From assembly GCF_004010195.1 (NCBI RefSeq), contig NC_057745.1, positions 10,194,637 to 10,258,636 of the forward strand: 64,000 bases of DNA, given 5' to 3'. This document shows, in pieces, positions 12,567-25,739 of this stretch; positions within the stretch are counted from its first letter, which is position 1, and each line of letters opens with the position of its first letter. Below the pieces are notes generated by a model. That model did no database searches. It was not told the origin of the DNA and worked only from the letters and a program-made list of their open reading frames with translations. A program made the position numbers and the translations under genes. The DNA is from Chiloscyllium plagiosum (Eukaryota).

Positions 12567-13690
12567 AAAATCCAGTCAAATGGAGTTGTGTGGAATGTAC
12601 TAGCATGGATAGAGGACTGGTTAACCAATAGAAGGCAGAGAGTTGGAATAAATGTGTGTTTCTTTATTTGGAGATCAGTGGTGAGCAGGTTGCCACAGGG
12701 ATGGGTGTTGGTCCCGCAACTGTTCATGAGATATCTAAATGATTTGGAAGAGGAGGCCAAGTGTAATGTATCCATTACACTTGGTGACACTAAACTGAGT
12801 GGAAAGGCAAACTGTGCAGAGGATATGGCGAGTCTGCAGAGAGATTTAGATAGGTTAAGTGAGTGGGCAAGGGTCTGGCAGATGGAGTATAATGTTGGTA
12901 AATGTGAGGTTATCCACTTTGCAAGTAAAAATAGTAGGCCAGAGTACTTTTTAAATGGTGAGAGATTGCAGCATGCTGTTGTGCAGAGGGACTTAGGAGT
13001 GCTTGTACATGTATCGCCAAAAGTGGATTTTTGCGTGCAACAAGTAATCAGGAAGACAAATGGTATATTGGCTTTCACTGCTCGAGGGGGTTTGAATTTA
13101 AGAGCAGGAGGTTATATTGGAAATGTACAAGGTGTTGGTGAGACTGCACCTAGAGTATTGTGGACAGTTCTGGTCTCCTTATTTCGGAAAGGATACACTG
13201 GCTTTGAAGGCGATGCGGAGGAGGTTCGTCTGTTTGATTCCAGAGATGAGTTGTTACTCTATAAGGAGAGGTTGAGCCACCCGTGCTCGCTAGAATTTAG
13301 ACAAATGAGAGGGGATCTTATAGAATCATATAAAATTATGAAAGGGATAGATAAGATAGAAACAGGTAAGTTATTTCTGCTGGTGGGTGAGACAAGGGCT
13401 AGGGGACAAGGCCTCAAGACTAGGGGCAGTAGATTTAGGACAGAGATAAGGAGGAACTACTTTTCCCAGAGAGTAGTGAATCTATGGAATTCTATGCCCA
13501 AGAAAGCAATAGAGGCAGCTTCATTAAATATATACAAGACACAGTTGGATGGGTTTTTGCATGGTAGGGGAATTAAGGGTTGTTGGGATAGTGCAGGTAA
13601 GAGGATCTGAGATGATGGATATATCAGCCATGAATGGTGGAGCAGGCTCAATGGGCCAAATGGCCTACTCTTGCTTCTATTACTATGAAT
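12567..13690 (+). mobile_element. CR1 ORF2 RT/3' half
   Basis: WIEDWLTNRRQRV, LPQGWVLVPQLF, YFSQRVVNLWN, 3' tail. Confidence 0.9.
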
Positions 13691-13697
13691 GGCTATG

Positions 13698-14035
13698 AAA
13701 AAAAAACAGAAATTGCTGGGAAAACTCAGCAGGTTTGGCAGCATCCGAGGAGAGAAAGCAGAGTTAACATTTCAGGTGCATTGACCCTTCTTCAGAACTG
13801 GCTCTGAAGTTTGAACTATTGAACTGGCAAAGGCTCCTCTGAAGTTAAATGCCAGATCCTTAAACCTGCCTCAATCATTGTCACAAACAAAAACAGAAAT
13901 TGCTGGAAAAACTGAGGAAGGGTCACTCGACCCAAAACATTAATTCTGCTTTCTCTCCACAGACGTTGCCAGACCTGGGGAGCTTTTCCAGCAATTTCTG
14001 TTTTGTTTCTCATTTCCAGCCCTGCAGTTCTTTCT
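13698..14035. mobile_element. Two Penelope-derived hammerhead mini-element fragments
   Basis: Minus ctgaagaagggtcaatgcacctgaaatgtt; plus ctgaggaagggtcactcgacccaaaacatt. Confidence 0.6.
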
Positions 14036-14039
14036 GTCC

Positions 14040-14330
14040 TCATGCACTGTCACACCGTCTGAATTGATCTTGGACCAGTTTTTAATGTCTTCAATCTACG
14101 TGGTGTGACTGACCCTGAAACTCAGTGTCCAGATAGCTCTCCCCCTCCTTGATGTGATACAGTTCCTGCAGCTTGCACTCCAGCTCAACATCTTTAAGCT
14201 AGACATCCTTGAGCAGCTGATTCTTCCTCACTGTCTATCACACAGGCATCCATCCACCAGCTCCCATAAAATCCAGCTGTAACATATCACCTGCCCAACC
14301 ACCTCTATTCTATTTCATTAATCAATTTGG
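14040..14330 (-). mobile_element. Degraded CR1 ORF1 N-terminal fragment
   Basis: Similar to 11960-12190. Confidence 0.55.
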
Positions 14331-14949
14331 ATGTTAAATATTTTAAATATGGATTTCTTAGCCTTTACTCTTCACCTGCAGTAGTGTCTCCATATTTTAA
14401 TCACTTGGCCAACCAACAGAGATAGACAAAATATCCTCATAGCACCTACCTCTTTTCCTGTGATGTCACATTACACTTTGGTTTTGACAGGTAGAAAAAG
14501 GTTAAAGGGACTCTCTGTCACTGGTTTTTAATCTTCAACTGTTACTGCCCTTCTCATAGGTTCATCATGCTCGTTATGAAGCTGTTCATGCACTCTCCTG
14601 TTTATTGAGTCAGCGCTGAGCCTGTTCTCTCTCTCTCTCCCTCTCTCCTGCCCTTTATGAAGTTTCTATCCATGCTCTTTCTCACATTCTCGATGAACCC
14701 ATAGCCCCTGCTTTCTCTTGTAGACAATATGAAACAGCCATGCTGCACTCTTTGAAACATTTCTTTTATTGCAAAAATATTGTTTATTCTTAAAAAATCT
14801 TTATCTAGGGTCCTGTCTGAAACATTGACTTTTGTTCCTTGGATGCTGCCTGACCCCCCTTTGGTATCAAGAAAGACAAACATTGGAAATTGAAAATCCC
14901 TGCCGTTACAAAAACCAAAGGCATTTCTTACTCATGCAGAATGATGTCT

Positions 14950-16100
14950 ATATACATTGAGGCAATGAGAAGGTCTGATAACTGAACAACATTGTACTTT
15001 GGAAGACTGTCTCAGAGCCACAGAGTCCTCCTCTCTCTTGCTATTTTTGATGTCAGTGACTGTGTCTGTGTCCTCTCTTCCACTCATTTCAATACTTTCT
15101 TTGAAGAGTCAGAAGTTAAGGAAGTGCCTTCTGGCGGAGGAGCCTGTTTCTCTGGGGGGGACATGGACATCCCACTGGCACTTGTCAGACACAAAGAAGG
15201 GAAGGAGTCACAGCCAGTGGTTAAAAATACCAATGGTGCACTAACATTAAGAGCAGGGTTACTGTGAGAGTTGTGGTGGAATGAAGAATGGTACTTACTC
15301 AGTTGATGGGACATAGATTTTTGGCAGCCACACAAGAGAGGCTGTGGTCTTCTCCTTGCAGAGCCAGGACTCTGTCCTTGCTCCATCTGTCCAGACTTTT
15401 TCCACCCAATTGTGGGTTGCATTTCCCTGCCATAAGAGAAAGGGAAGGTTGAGTGTGATGGAAAAAAAGGTGGCACAGCAACAAATGATGCAGGTGGCTA
15501 AAATGCAGGAAATAGTCCCAGTCATGCGAGCAGTCCCAGTCATGTGTGCAGAGCCCTTGCACAGTTAGTGGTCTGTGGGTTGGGGGAAATGAAAGTGAGT
15601 GAGGGAAGGTGTTGCTGGCAATAGGTAAAGCTTGAGCCTTAGTGTGAGCTAGGTATAGTGGTAGTGAAGGATTGAATTGGAGGTAGCAAAAAGAAGAATG
15701 TGGCACTTATCCTGGTATCACAGAGGAATTTATTGACCATCTGGTGGTACATTCTAGCTATTCCTCTGCACTATGGGGATCAACCTGACCAGGTTGGTGA
15801 CCTTGCACTGGACTGCTAGGCCTCCACTACCGGTTATCGGGGAAGAGGATGCCATCCTCCAGACCAATCTGTCCACCAGGACTTCCGGGCCCCTTTTGAT
15901 GAAACATGGTACCATTTTCTCCTTCTCTGATGATTTTGACATGATTGTCCTTCGACCTGCGGGAGACCTCTGAAGTGCCAGTGGGTGAGTTAAAGACGTG
16001 GGTTTGGTAAGACATGGTGAGTAAACTCCCTGGGCCTCATGGAGACACACCTTCCATGAAAATCGATGAAGCTGACCCTTAGCCAAAAACAATGTAAGAT
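14950..16100 (-). mobile_element. PIF/Harbinger remnant with Myb/SANT (ORF2) gene fragments
   Basis: KMVPCFIKRGPEVLVDRL / GILFPDNR and ATHNWVEKVWTDGA resemble Harbinger Myb/SANT proteins (PRFS..LEVLV..V..R..ILFP; AHNRRE..KTGGG). Confidence 0.5.
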
Positions 16101-16211
16101 TCAGCTCAGTACCTTGCTCCCCACTGGAAAAATCACATAATGTGCCAAATTCTCTGCACAAAGTGCTTTATTGATTCTGTAGGTTTCGTCTAAGTGACCG
16201 ATGCATATGGA

Positions 16212-16400
16212 TTAGAGATGCCAGTGTTGGACTGGGGCTTACAAAGTTAAAGCCACACAACACCAGGTTATAGTCCAACAGGTTTATTTAGTAGCACTAG
16301 CTTTCGGAGCACTGCTCCTTCATCAGGAAGCTAGTGCTCCGAAAGCTATGCTTCCAAATAAACCTGTTGGACTATAACCTGGTGTTGTATGATTTTTAAT
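16212..16400. mobile_element. Penelope-derived fold-back mini-element with 12-bp TSD
   Basis: TSD gatgcatatgga at 16200-16211 and 16401-16412; inverted arms. Confidence 0.8.
16297..16327 (-). ncRNA. Minimal hammerhead ribozyme motif (family B)
   Basis: cCUGAUGA-aGGAGC-agu-GCUCC-GAAA-GCUA: intact core, stem II, palindromic AGCU stem III. Confidence 0.7.
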
Positions 16401-19400
16401 GATGCATATGGAAGTTTAATCCGATTTGAATTGGTTGTTAAATGTGTTCATATTTTGGGGGGATCTCATCCATTATCACTTCCTTTGTAACTGCATCTTT
16501 TAGATCTCTTAATCTCTTAACCCTGACTTCCACCGAGTACAGATCTTTCTTTTCTCTCCCCATTTTGTTTGCTTATGACCTATTACATTTGTAACACTTC
16601 CCAGTCCCAACTGACATGAAATTTGACTTTTCATTTCTCTGTCTTTTCAGATTTTCAATGCACCTGGTAGTTTTCTTATTGTTTGAATTGTGAATTGGTT
16701 CAACGTCGATGGGAAGTAAATGTTCTAAAAAGTGTAGGAAATTGCAAGAAAGTAGTATGCTTTATCAGCTTGTGACCTCTTAACAGGAATTGTGCATATT
16801 GAGGCTTTGGGAGCTGAACCTCTGGAGGAAATTCTGTGAACTGAGGCAGTAGAACAGAAGAATGTCCAGAAAACAGTGCTTAGGAGGTCAGGCAATGTCA
16901 TGGTGAGATCAACAAAGTTAACTCGTCAGGTGGTGCAACCAGTGGTTGCAAGCCTTCAGTCTGGATTAGAGATTTATTGACAGGAGTGGAAGTGTGCACT
17001 ACCTCTACTTGTGACAGGACAATGTTTCACATGAGATTGTGCAGTGACCAGATATATTCACGCACTAGGGTCTACAGCAAATCTTGAGGTAGCCAAGCCA
17101 GCAATTTGACAGCTGCATTATTACTTCATGGAGTTGATGGTCCAAGTATTATGTTTAACAAGAACCTGGTCTACTATTCCAAGGATCATGCCAAGTCTAT
17201 TTGACCAACTTGTGATTTTTAAATAAATGCTAGACCAGCATTTATTGCCTATCTATAATTTCCCACAGGGCAATTAAGAATCAATTACATTGCTGTGGGT
17301 CTGGTGTCATGTGTAGGCCCGATTAGGTAAGGATGGCAGTTTCTTCCCTAAAGAACATACTAGGGAATATATTTTAAAATGAGAGAAGAAAGTCTTAAGA
17401 AGGGCATGAGGGACAAATTTTTTAAAGAGTGGTTTATGTGTGGAATGAAGTGCCAGTGGTGGATGCAAGTCCAGTTACGACATTTAAAAGACATTTAGAT
17501 AAGTTCACGAATAGGAAAGGTGGAGGGATATGGGCCAAACACAGACAAGTGAGACTAATTTTGTTTGATAACATAGGATGGACTAGTTGGACTGAAGGTC
17601 TATTTCCATGCTGTATGATTCTATGACATTAATGAAGCAGATGGGTTTTTAAGGTAATCGACATTGGATTTAATGGTCGTCATTTCATTTTAATTCCAGA
17701 TAACCTTTTCCCAAATTCCACCATCTGCTGTGATGGGATTCGAACCCATGTCTCCAGAACATCACCTGTGTCTCTGGATTAAAAGTCCAACAATAATACC
17801 ACAAGGCTGTCACCTCTGCTTATATCCAGAATCAACTGCCTCTTTGGCTCACTCTTTGCTTATTTCAAACCACTCTGCCCTCCCTCTCCTAGAATGGCTG
17901 CAGTCATGGAACAACATTCCACACAGAGGCAAAGCAGCTCCTTCTCACTCCAACTCCAGCCAGTAACTACTTCCTTGCTTTTATTAGCCTCTAGATGATT
18001 TTGTATCCTTGGTATGTAACTTTTGTGTCCTCAGGATGGAGACAAGCACTTGTTCAAAGTCATCAATACTTTCTCACTATTCATAATAATTTCTCCTATC
18101 TCTGCTGCTCACGTGTTTGAAAAGGTCTCTAGGTAGACTAGTCAGAGAAGTAAAATGAATCTTAGGGAGTGGCAAGTTGGAGCCAAGACTGGCTCTGTGA
18201 CAAGATGCTGAAGTCAATAGTTCATGCCGTTTTATGTTTGAAAGGTTGTTTGCAGTATAATTATACAGGTTCAGTCCTAGGATACTTGCTTGTAGTGTTA
18301 TATTAGAATGATTTAGAAGGATTAGGATTCAGAGGTAAATTATCCCTCATTCCATTTAAAATGTTTGGAGCTGTATTAAAAAGAATTAAAACAAGATTGA
18401 GGAGGTCAAATTTGATTCTGCACTGATGATCAGTACTTTCTCTCACTTTGACACCCTAGTACCTATTGTATTTTGTTTGATAAGTTAGATATCAAGTGCT
18501 GGAAAGTCCTTTTCATATAACACTTTAATGTGTAAATTAAGCATATTCAAGAACAACCTGTTGGCTTGTTATGACATGTATTACTCTCGGATATCAGCTT
18601 TTCCAGCAGTTACCTTGTTTTGTTCTCCTACACGCAGCTTTTCATTCCTCTATCAGATGGCGGGTGCCCTTTCACAAATGGCCACTCTATTGCATTGAGT
18701 GCCAGGATTGCAAATGTAGGAAAATTAAAATGCATCAAAACAGAAGTGATCCATTTACTGCAGGCAAAAAAGTGGGGCAAGTTGTTTTTTTTCTCTAGTT
18801 CCTCACTACTCTGCATTATGAACAGAAGTAAAAGCTATTTCATCCAATGAGAGCTTATTGTGCTGCTTTGTTCTGGTCTTCATGTCAGCCCTCAAGAGCA
18901 GATGACATATCTGACAGAGTGATCGGGCCTGATCTCTTCTCAAAATTAATGTGGAACATGGTTAACACAGACATTGGTAATTTGCTGAGTTGCTGACTAT
19001 TTTCCTTACATATCATGTCCGTGGCAGTTAATGATGCAATCCAAAATGTGTGCACTACAAATTCACAAAGGCATTTAAAAACAACTTTTTTTACTCTTCA
19101 CTACAAAGAATTTTCTTTTCTCCTCAAGTTTTCCCACATTTTGTTCCCAGAGGAACAAAAGCACATAGCTCTGCAGAATGGAAGAATCCACTCAATTCTT
19201 TGTTCTGTAGATTTCCTGTTACCAGCAAAGTCATCTTGAGGTCATTGAGAACAAACCTGGCATTTCTCACTAAGTTCTGGTAGGTCGTTAATACACAGCT
19301 CTCAGACAGCCACAGCTGAGGGAGAAACCAAGCCAAAATGAACCGAAGGCAGTGTCCTTCACATAAAGTTTACCCTTGAAGCTAACTGTAAATATTGTGA

Positions 19401-19696
19401 TCCCTCAAGCCTCTATCTATGGCTAACAGAACTGAAAAGACATGAGTATGCGGCACAAGACATATTCTATGCACCATTGCGCATTTAGGAATTATTCTAC
19501 TACAATTAGTTTTGTGATTTGTCACAATTTTTTTGTATTACTGTCATATCAGCTCTTTCAGCAGTGCCGACCTTGTCTTACTTTATGTATTGGCAAAGTC
19601 ATGTTAATGTTATAGAGGCAAGAAATAACTGAGCCAGAGTCATTATCAAGCACTTTTAAATGAGGTGAAGCCTTGCATTCGATAATGGTCATGTCA

Positions 19697-19842
19697 GTAT
19701 TCCATTTCCCACAGCAGGAGAAAGTGAGGTCTGCAGATGCTGGAGATCAGAGCTGGAAATGTGTTGCTGGAAAAGCGCAGCAGGTCAGGCAGCATCCAGG
19801 GAACAGGAGAATCGACGTTTCGGGCATAAGCCCTTCTTCAGG
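19697..19842 (-). mobile_element. Penelope-derived mini-element (family A)
   Basis: gagaaagtgagg.ctgcagatgctgg...aaagcgcagcaggtcaggcagcatcc body with terminal hammerhead. Confidence 0.75.
19812..19842 (-). ncRNA. Minimal hammerhead ribozyme motif (family A)
   Basis: cCUGAAGA-aGGGC-uuau-GCCC-GAAA-CGUC: intact core with GUC site. Confidence 0.75.
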
Positions 19843-22800
19843 AACAGCCAAACTTGTATCTCTGTGAGGAAGATGGCAAATATCATATTAGTTTGTGGAC
19901 AATGTTGTGCTCTGTTTTCTGTCAGCTTCACTTACATCATTCTGGATTTCGAAAATCAATAGGTTGTAAAATGCATCACATTTCTCTGGACCAGATTCAA
20001 ACCTAAGTCTGAGTAATTAAAAAACATGGTTCTAACTCACTGCTCCACCTCGACGATTTTCCTGGCTTTCTGTTTGAGCAGTGTAAGTGACATTGTAATG
20101 AGAATGTAAAGGTCACTAACTGCCTGCAACTGATTAATTGATACATGGTTGTAAAATACTAGGTGTTTTCCTGAATGTTATGATGGCAACAATAGATATT
20201 AACCTGCAAGCATTTTTAGAAATAAACAACAGATTGCATCAAATGACAATCAATTTAATAAAACTTGGTTCCTTGCAGTGATCAGTTCTAGATGTTCTAA
20301 CAGGAATATGGGCGTCTAACTGTCCTGAAAGGTCTTTGGAGAGAACAAATTCCAATTTTCACATCATGCAACCATCGGTACCCTAAACTTTTAGCCTTCA
20401 ACTGTGGCATACAGACTTGTTTATTTTGCTAAATGTGGTGCAGGCCTGCTGTGTTTTTCCAGCACTACATTTTTCAACTCTGGTACTCCAGCATCTGCAG
20501 TCCTCACTTTCTCCTTGTTTATTTTGCTGCAACGTGTCAACCTTTATTGAGATACCATTTAGTATTGGTCCTCAATTGTCAAAAACACCTAAAATCTGTT
20601 CATGATATGTATACATAGCAGCATTAACCTCTATTTAGGATCCTAGTTGATGCTGATAAAGGCAGGACAGTGTAAAGCTGACAGCCTGACAGAGGCGACT
20701 CGACGATACACTAACTGCTGTAATCAGAGTATAGAGTAGGGAGAACATCTTACCTTCATCCAAGTCCTTGAACTTTATGGGAAGCCTCAGCCAAACTGTG
20801 CATTGGAGAAACTGGTGTCATTAATTCAACTGAAGCTGAACCACCTCTGAACTCACACAATAACTAGAAAAGAATTGAGTCATTTTGCTTCTATGTGCAG
20901 TCAGCAGATGTGTCAATGTTTTAAGAAGGCAAGGCATCAATGAAGAACCTGCTAAGTACAGAAAGGCCATCAAAGCTTTCAATTCATATTCTGGGTTTCA
21001 AAGGGAAGCTCTCAAAGTCCAGGAGAGATTTCATAGACACCAGGTGCTTGCAACAATTGTTTTATTGCTTTGGTCATTCTTTCTATGGAGTGCAGGTAAA
21101 GCATAGGAATGGGATGGATACCAGAATGCCAACAATAAATAGATCTGGAAGGCAGTGGGGGCAGTTACCAAATTAATTAAAATCTCTGTTGTGGCAGGAA
21201 AACATTACATCACAACCACACCTGTCTAGTTATTGATATAGAGTATTCATTCTTGCCATGGTATCACTTCGGCATATACCACAGCAACAGCTTTCACCTA
21301 CACCTCAAACTCAAACACTTACAAATGCCGACAATATAGGAGTCCCAAACACTGTTACGTACAAGGTCTCAGAATCTAAAATATAATATGATAAAATGAT
21401 CAATTGCCAGATGACACACTTAAATGGGACACAGGGATGGATATGTCCATTCTTTTGGATGTCACACTTTGCTTGACACCTGGGTTTATCCAGCTATCCA
21501 CTCTTCATCTCTGTGCCTAGAAGGTATTCCATTGATGCCTCAAGACTCCTTTTGTTAAGAAGGAAGAGTAACGACTGAAATCCTTTGTGGATGATTCAAT
21601 CAGTAGTCCACCTGACTAAGTCACAGGGTGTGCACAGACTTACTTCTTAACTGCAAGGTGATAAGCAAGACAGCCCAAAAATGTTCAAGACAAACTACTG
21701 GAACTATTCAAACCACAGGGAAGCTGCAAATGGCTTACCATATCATCCTAAAACTAACTGCCAAGCTGATCTGTTTATTCACCCAAGGGTAGGTTCCACA
21801 GCCTCTTTTATGTGTTCAGAAAGGACATTTGAAGCCATGCTGTACCAGTAGGTTAAATTGTCAGGCACCCTGCCGCCTTCTTGATGCTTTCAAATGGAGC
21901 CTATAACAATGCACATATAAAAGAAACATCCAACTCAAACTAATTGCTACTGGGTAAGGATGAAATCAAACCCTCCATTCCTCTTTGCTTGAAGTTGAAA
22001 GATTGTTTAGTTTCAGTATAACAGTAACTACAACAGGTATGTAAAAAGTCTATCACAATGAAAATAGATTCCTCACATTCACACAGAAGCCACCTGATTT
22101 TTGTAAACATATGTGTATCTTTACTTATCATATACATTTATTACATACAGGAATTTGAGGGCACTGGAGTTGTACGCTAGGAGGAAGTGTCCTGTTGTGG
22201 AGAAAACAGAATCAAGGAAATGAGTTTAAGAGTAATAGATCTGTTAAGACACATGCGGAGAATGTTCTCTCAAAGAGTTGCTAGATGGTGGATTTCTCTT
22301 CCCCCGAGGATGTGAAGGCTGGACCTTTAAATTTATTCAAGGTTCAGTTAGATTTTTGATAGATGAAGGAAGGTAAGGGTTATTGGGCACTGATGGAATA
22401 GTGAAGCTGAGACTACAATCAGATCAGCCATGGTCTGACTGAACAGCAGAACAGGCTCAAGGGCTGAATAGCGTACTCCTGTTCTAAATGTTCCTACCGT
22501 TCAGATTTCTTTAGGTAACTGGAATGATAACCAAAAACAGCATGAACACTTCTTTGGCATAACACTGAAATGGGGCTCAAATCTATACATTTCTGGTGCT
22601 GAAAGGGAATTGATGTGCTGCCAGCTGTGGTATTTTGACCTTATAGGCATTAAAAGCTGGCTAGATTTAACCATGCATGTTAAACTTCGGTGAAGTGGGG
22701 TAATGGCCCCTTTTTATAATCCTCTCTCAATTGCAAGTAATATCTCTTAACATTTCCCCTTTTAGCATGTAGCTAAAATGAAGGAGAGCCTTTGAGTTTT

Positions 22801-23659
22801 CATACCATATATGTTGATGAGAGAGTCAGAGTCTAGTCTAGTTTGGTATACTGTGATGTAGCATTGCTCACACGCTGGTCGTTATGATCAGTCACGTTCA
22901 TGACATCATCACAAATTTGCTCCAGGGTCCAAAGCCCTTACACGTCAGGAGGGATTTTCCATCATGCCTCCAACTAACTTTGAGAGACTTTCGTAAAGTC
23001 CACTGCTATTTTCATTGTAATATGCATTGACAATAACCTGCAAAGTCACCACAATAATCCCATGTTCTCCTGAGGATTGGACAAACTCTTTAAACTCTGC
23101 CTCTAGAGGTTTGGATTGTTTGACTGAAATGCTCTAAAGTAAACAATAGCAAGGTGGATCTTGAGAATTCAAATATAATATCTATTCTCACCAGCTACAC
23201 ATCTGCCCTTAGTTCAATAATCTCAATATTTGTGTCTGGGCTCATATAGAAATGGCAGAGTTCATTGTAATTTATGTTAACGATAAAGTCTAAAGTGGAT
23301 CATTGAATAAAATTTAGAATGTTCCTAAAGCAGCCAATGCTTGCTGTAGATGTAGTCATCATGAATCACATTGGCATCTGCCATCTCCCACAGCGGGATG
23401 CCAATGGCCTAATGGTATTATCGCTGGACTGCTAAAACCAGGGATCCCGGGTAATAGATGCTGGCCTAACCACCGATGTCCTCATCCTATGAATGAATAA
23501 GATAAAAAAACCACAGCTATAATACATCGCCTGCCCAGCCAAATCTGTTCTATTTACAGTTAAATAAGTAATTTGAATGTTAATTATTTTAAAAGTGATT
23601 TTTTAAACTATGGTCTTCTGATGTTAGAAGATTTCCTCTCGTTGCTGGTTTTTATGTCC

Positions 23660-24142
23660 GGCTGCTGTCTTTCTCACGCAGCCGGTTGGCTCTTCTCTTT
23701 ATGAAACTGCTTTCTTCTCTGTCTCTTGCACTGATCCAGAAACTGTTGTCCCTGCTCTTTCTGAAGTTGCTGACCCCACTCTCCTCTACTTTTTATGAAG
23801 CTGAAATCCCTACTTTCTTTCTTTTTCAGATGCTAATGTCCCCACTGTCCTGCTCTTTAAGAAACTTCTGTCCCTACATTCTTCCATTCTATACGAAACT
23901 CTTTGCTTTCTTGCAATATTTGAGAAAAAATATCTCAATTTTCAATTCATCTGGTCTCAACATGCTTTTGGCAGACGGTAGTTCCAGACTTCCAGTACAT
24001 GTTATGTAATTTCTATTAGTGCTCTCTCTCATGCCGTTTCAGAAGTTGCTGCTCCTGCACTCTCTCATGTTGTTTCAGGAACTTCTATCCCTGTTGACTC
24101 TTGCGCTGTTGCAGAAACTGCTGTCCCTGCTCTCTCTTGCGC
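23660..24142. repeat. Degenerate pyrimidine-rich tandem repeat (~30-36 nt unit, gaaactgctgtccctgctctctc), probably a CR1 5' region
   Basis: Recurrent unit; adjacent 23510-23545 matches the CR1 ORF1 start on the minus strand. Confidence 0.45.
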
Positions 24143-25739
24143 ATATGCCTGCACTAATGACTTGTACAATCGCTTTCTTCATTTGGTGGAGCTGAATGCA
24201 TGACTGGCATGAGCAGTAGGTCACAAACACGTTGCTGTACACTCTATTTGTGTCACAATGTTATGTATTAAAAAGATCATAAAAATATAGAAAGGAGTCT
24301 GTTAAATCAGAACTATCAACAATTCTGCGGAAGTCTGAGAAAACAGAAAGGGTTAATTATAAGAAACATTCATTCTGTCAAAAGAGGGCTGTAAGGACAA
24401 AAAAAAATCTTTTACAGTTTGCATCTGTTTCCCAACAATGGTCAAACCTAGAATCATTCAGGCTTATCAGGGTTAAAGAGATGTCAGTTTTATTGATCAT
24501 GATAAAAACATCAAGTTCTTATTGATTGATTTAAAAATGCTTAAAACTTTCTAATTTAGATTATATTATTATATAAGAAATGTTACCATAGAATTTGTCT
24601 ATCTTATCTTTTTCAGCTTACGCCTTAATTGGGAATTGAGAATGTAATTTTGACTGGGTGATATAAGCCACATGTAGACATCTGGTTCCTCTCTCCTCAC
24701 AGTCAATAACTTCTGCTTGGTTTTCCTGATGTTTCTTTCATTAAAATGTTCCATTATTTATATCTGTTGCAACTAATTTATAATGTTTCTGTTAAGCCTA
24801 CTGATCATTCCTAAATAATTCAATTACAGTGTGATGTGGTTATGTAGGGCAATATAGTTAGGGAGGTAGATACTGGATGTTCTAAGATAGTGTCAACTGT
24901 TCAGCAGTTCACTTTTGGAGACATCCCTGGAGTGGGAAGGGCAGGATCAAGTTAGCATGGTTCATTTTGGAACCAAAAGCCGAGGTAGAACTCCAACAAA
25001 GTCCTTCCAACAAAGCTTCATTTAATGTCCAAATTAAAACATAGAAAGTGATAATCGCTGGATTGTTGGCCAAATCAAATTAAATTGGCATAAAACCATG
25101 CAGATTAGAGTTAAATATGTGCCTGAAAGAGTTGCGTGGAAGGAGGGTTTTTGATTGGTAAAGCACTGAAACACATATTTGGAAGAATCAGCTGTTCTTT
25201 TACAATGGAATCCACTAAAGTTGAGCTGGGATCAGGTTCTAGGGCTTTAAAGTGAAACTGGTTTTATTAATTGGTTTATAGGTCATTCTTTCATTTGTTA
25301 TTCAGGTGTTGACACTTTAATCACCTTGTGGTTACCTGTTATTTAGGCTGTTGACACTCACTATTTGTATTTATCCATTGATATTCCTAATCACCTGGAA
25401 TTACCTTACCATTTTCTCTCTGCCTATATATTCAGCACCTGTGCGTCCCTTTGTACTTCTTCTAAAGAAGGAGCAGTACCCTGAAAGCTTGTGATTTTAA
25501 GGAAACCTGTTGGACTATAACCTGGTGTCATGTGACTTCTGATTTAAAGTAAGAGACAAGGTGCAAGTGATGTGTTTGGTGAGGTGGTCAGGTGAATAGA
25601 GTGTTAAAACTGTAAGAGGGAAAAAGTCAAACCTTTAAGGCAATATGATGATTTGGATAAAGGCAAACAGAATGGAATAGGAAGAGACAAAGATTTTTAA
25701 GGTAATAATGCATCAGTAAACAAGATCCTTACAAAGAAC

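Noticed and set aside
20620-21920. Coding-like unexplained sequence
   Set aside because: Only short ORFs and no recognisable motif by eye
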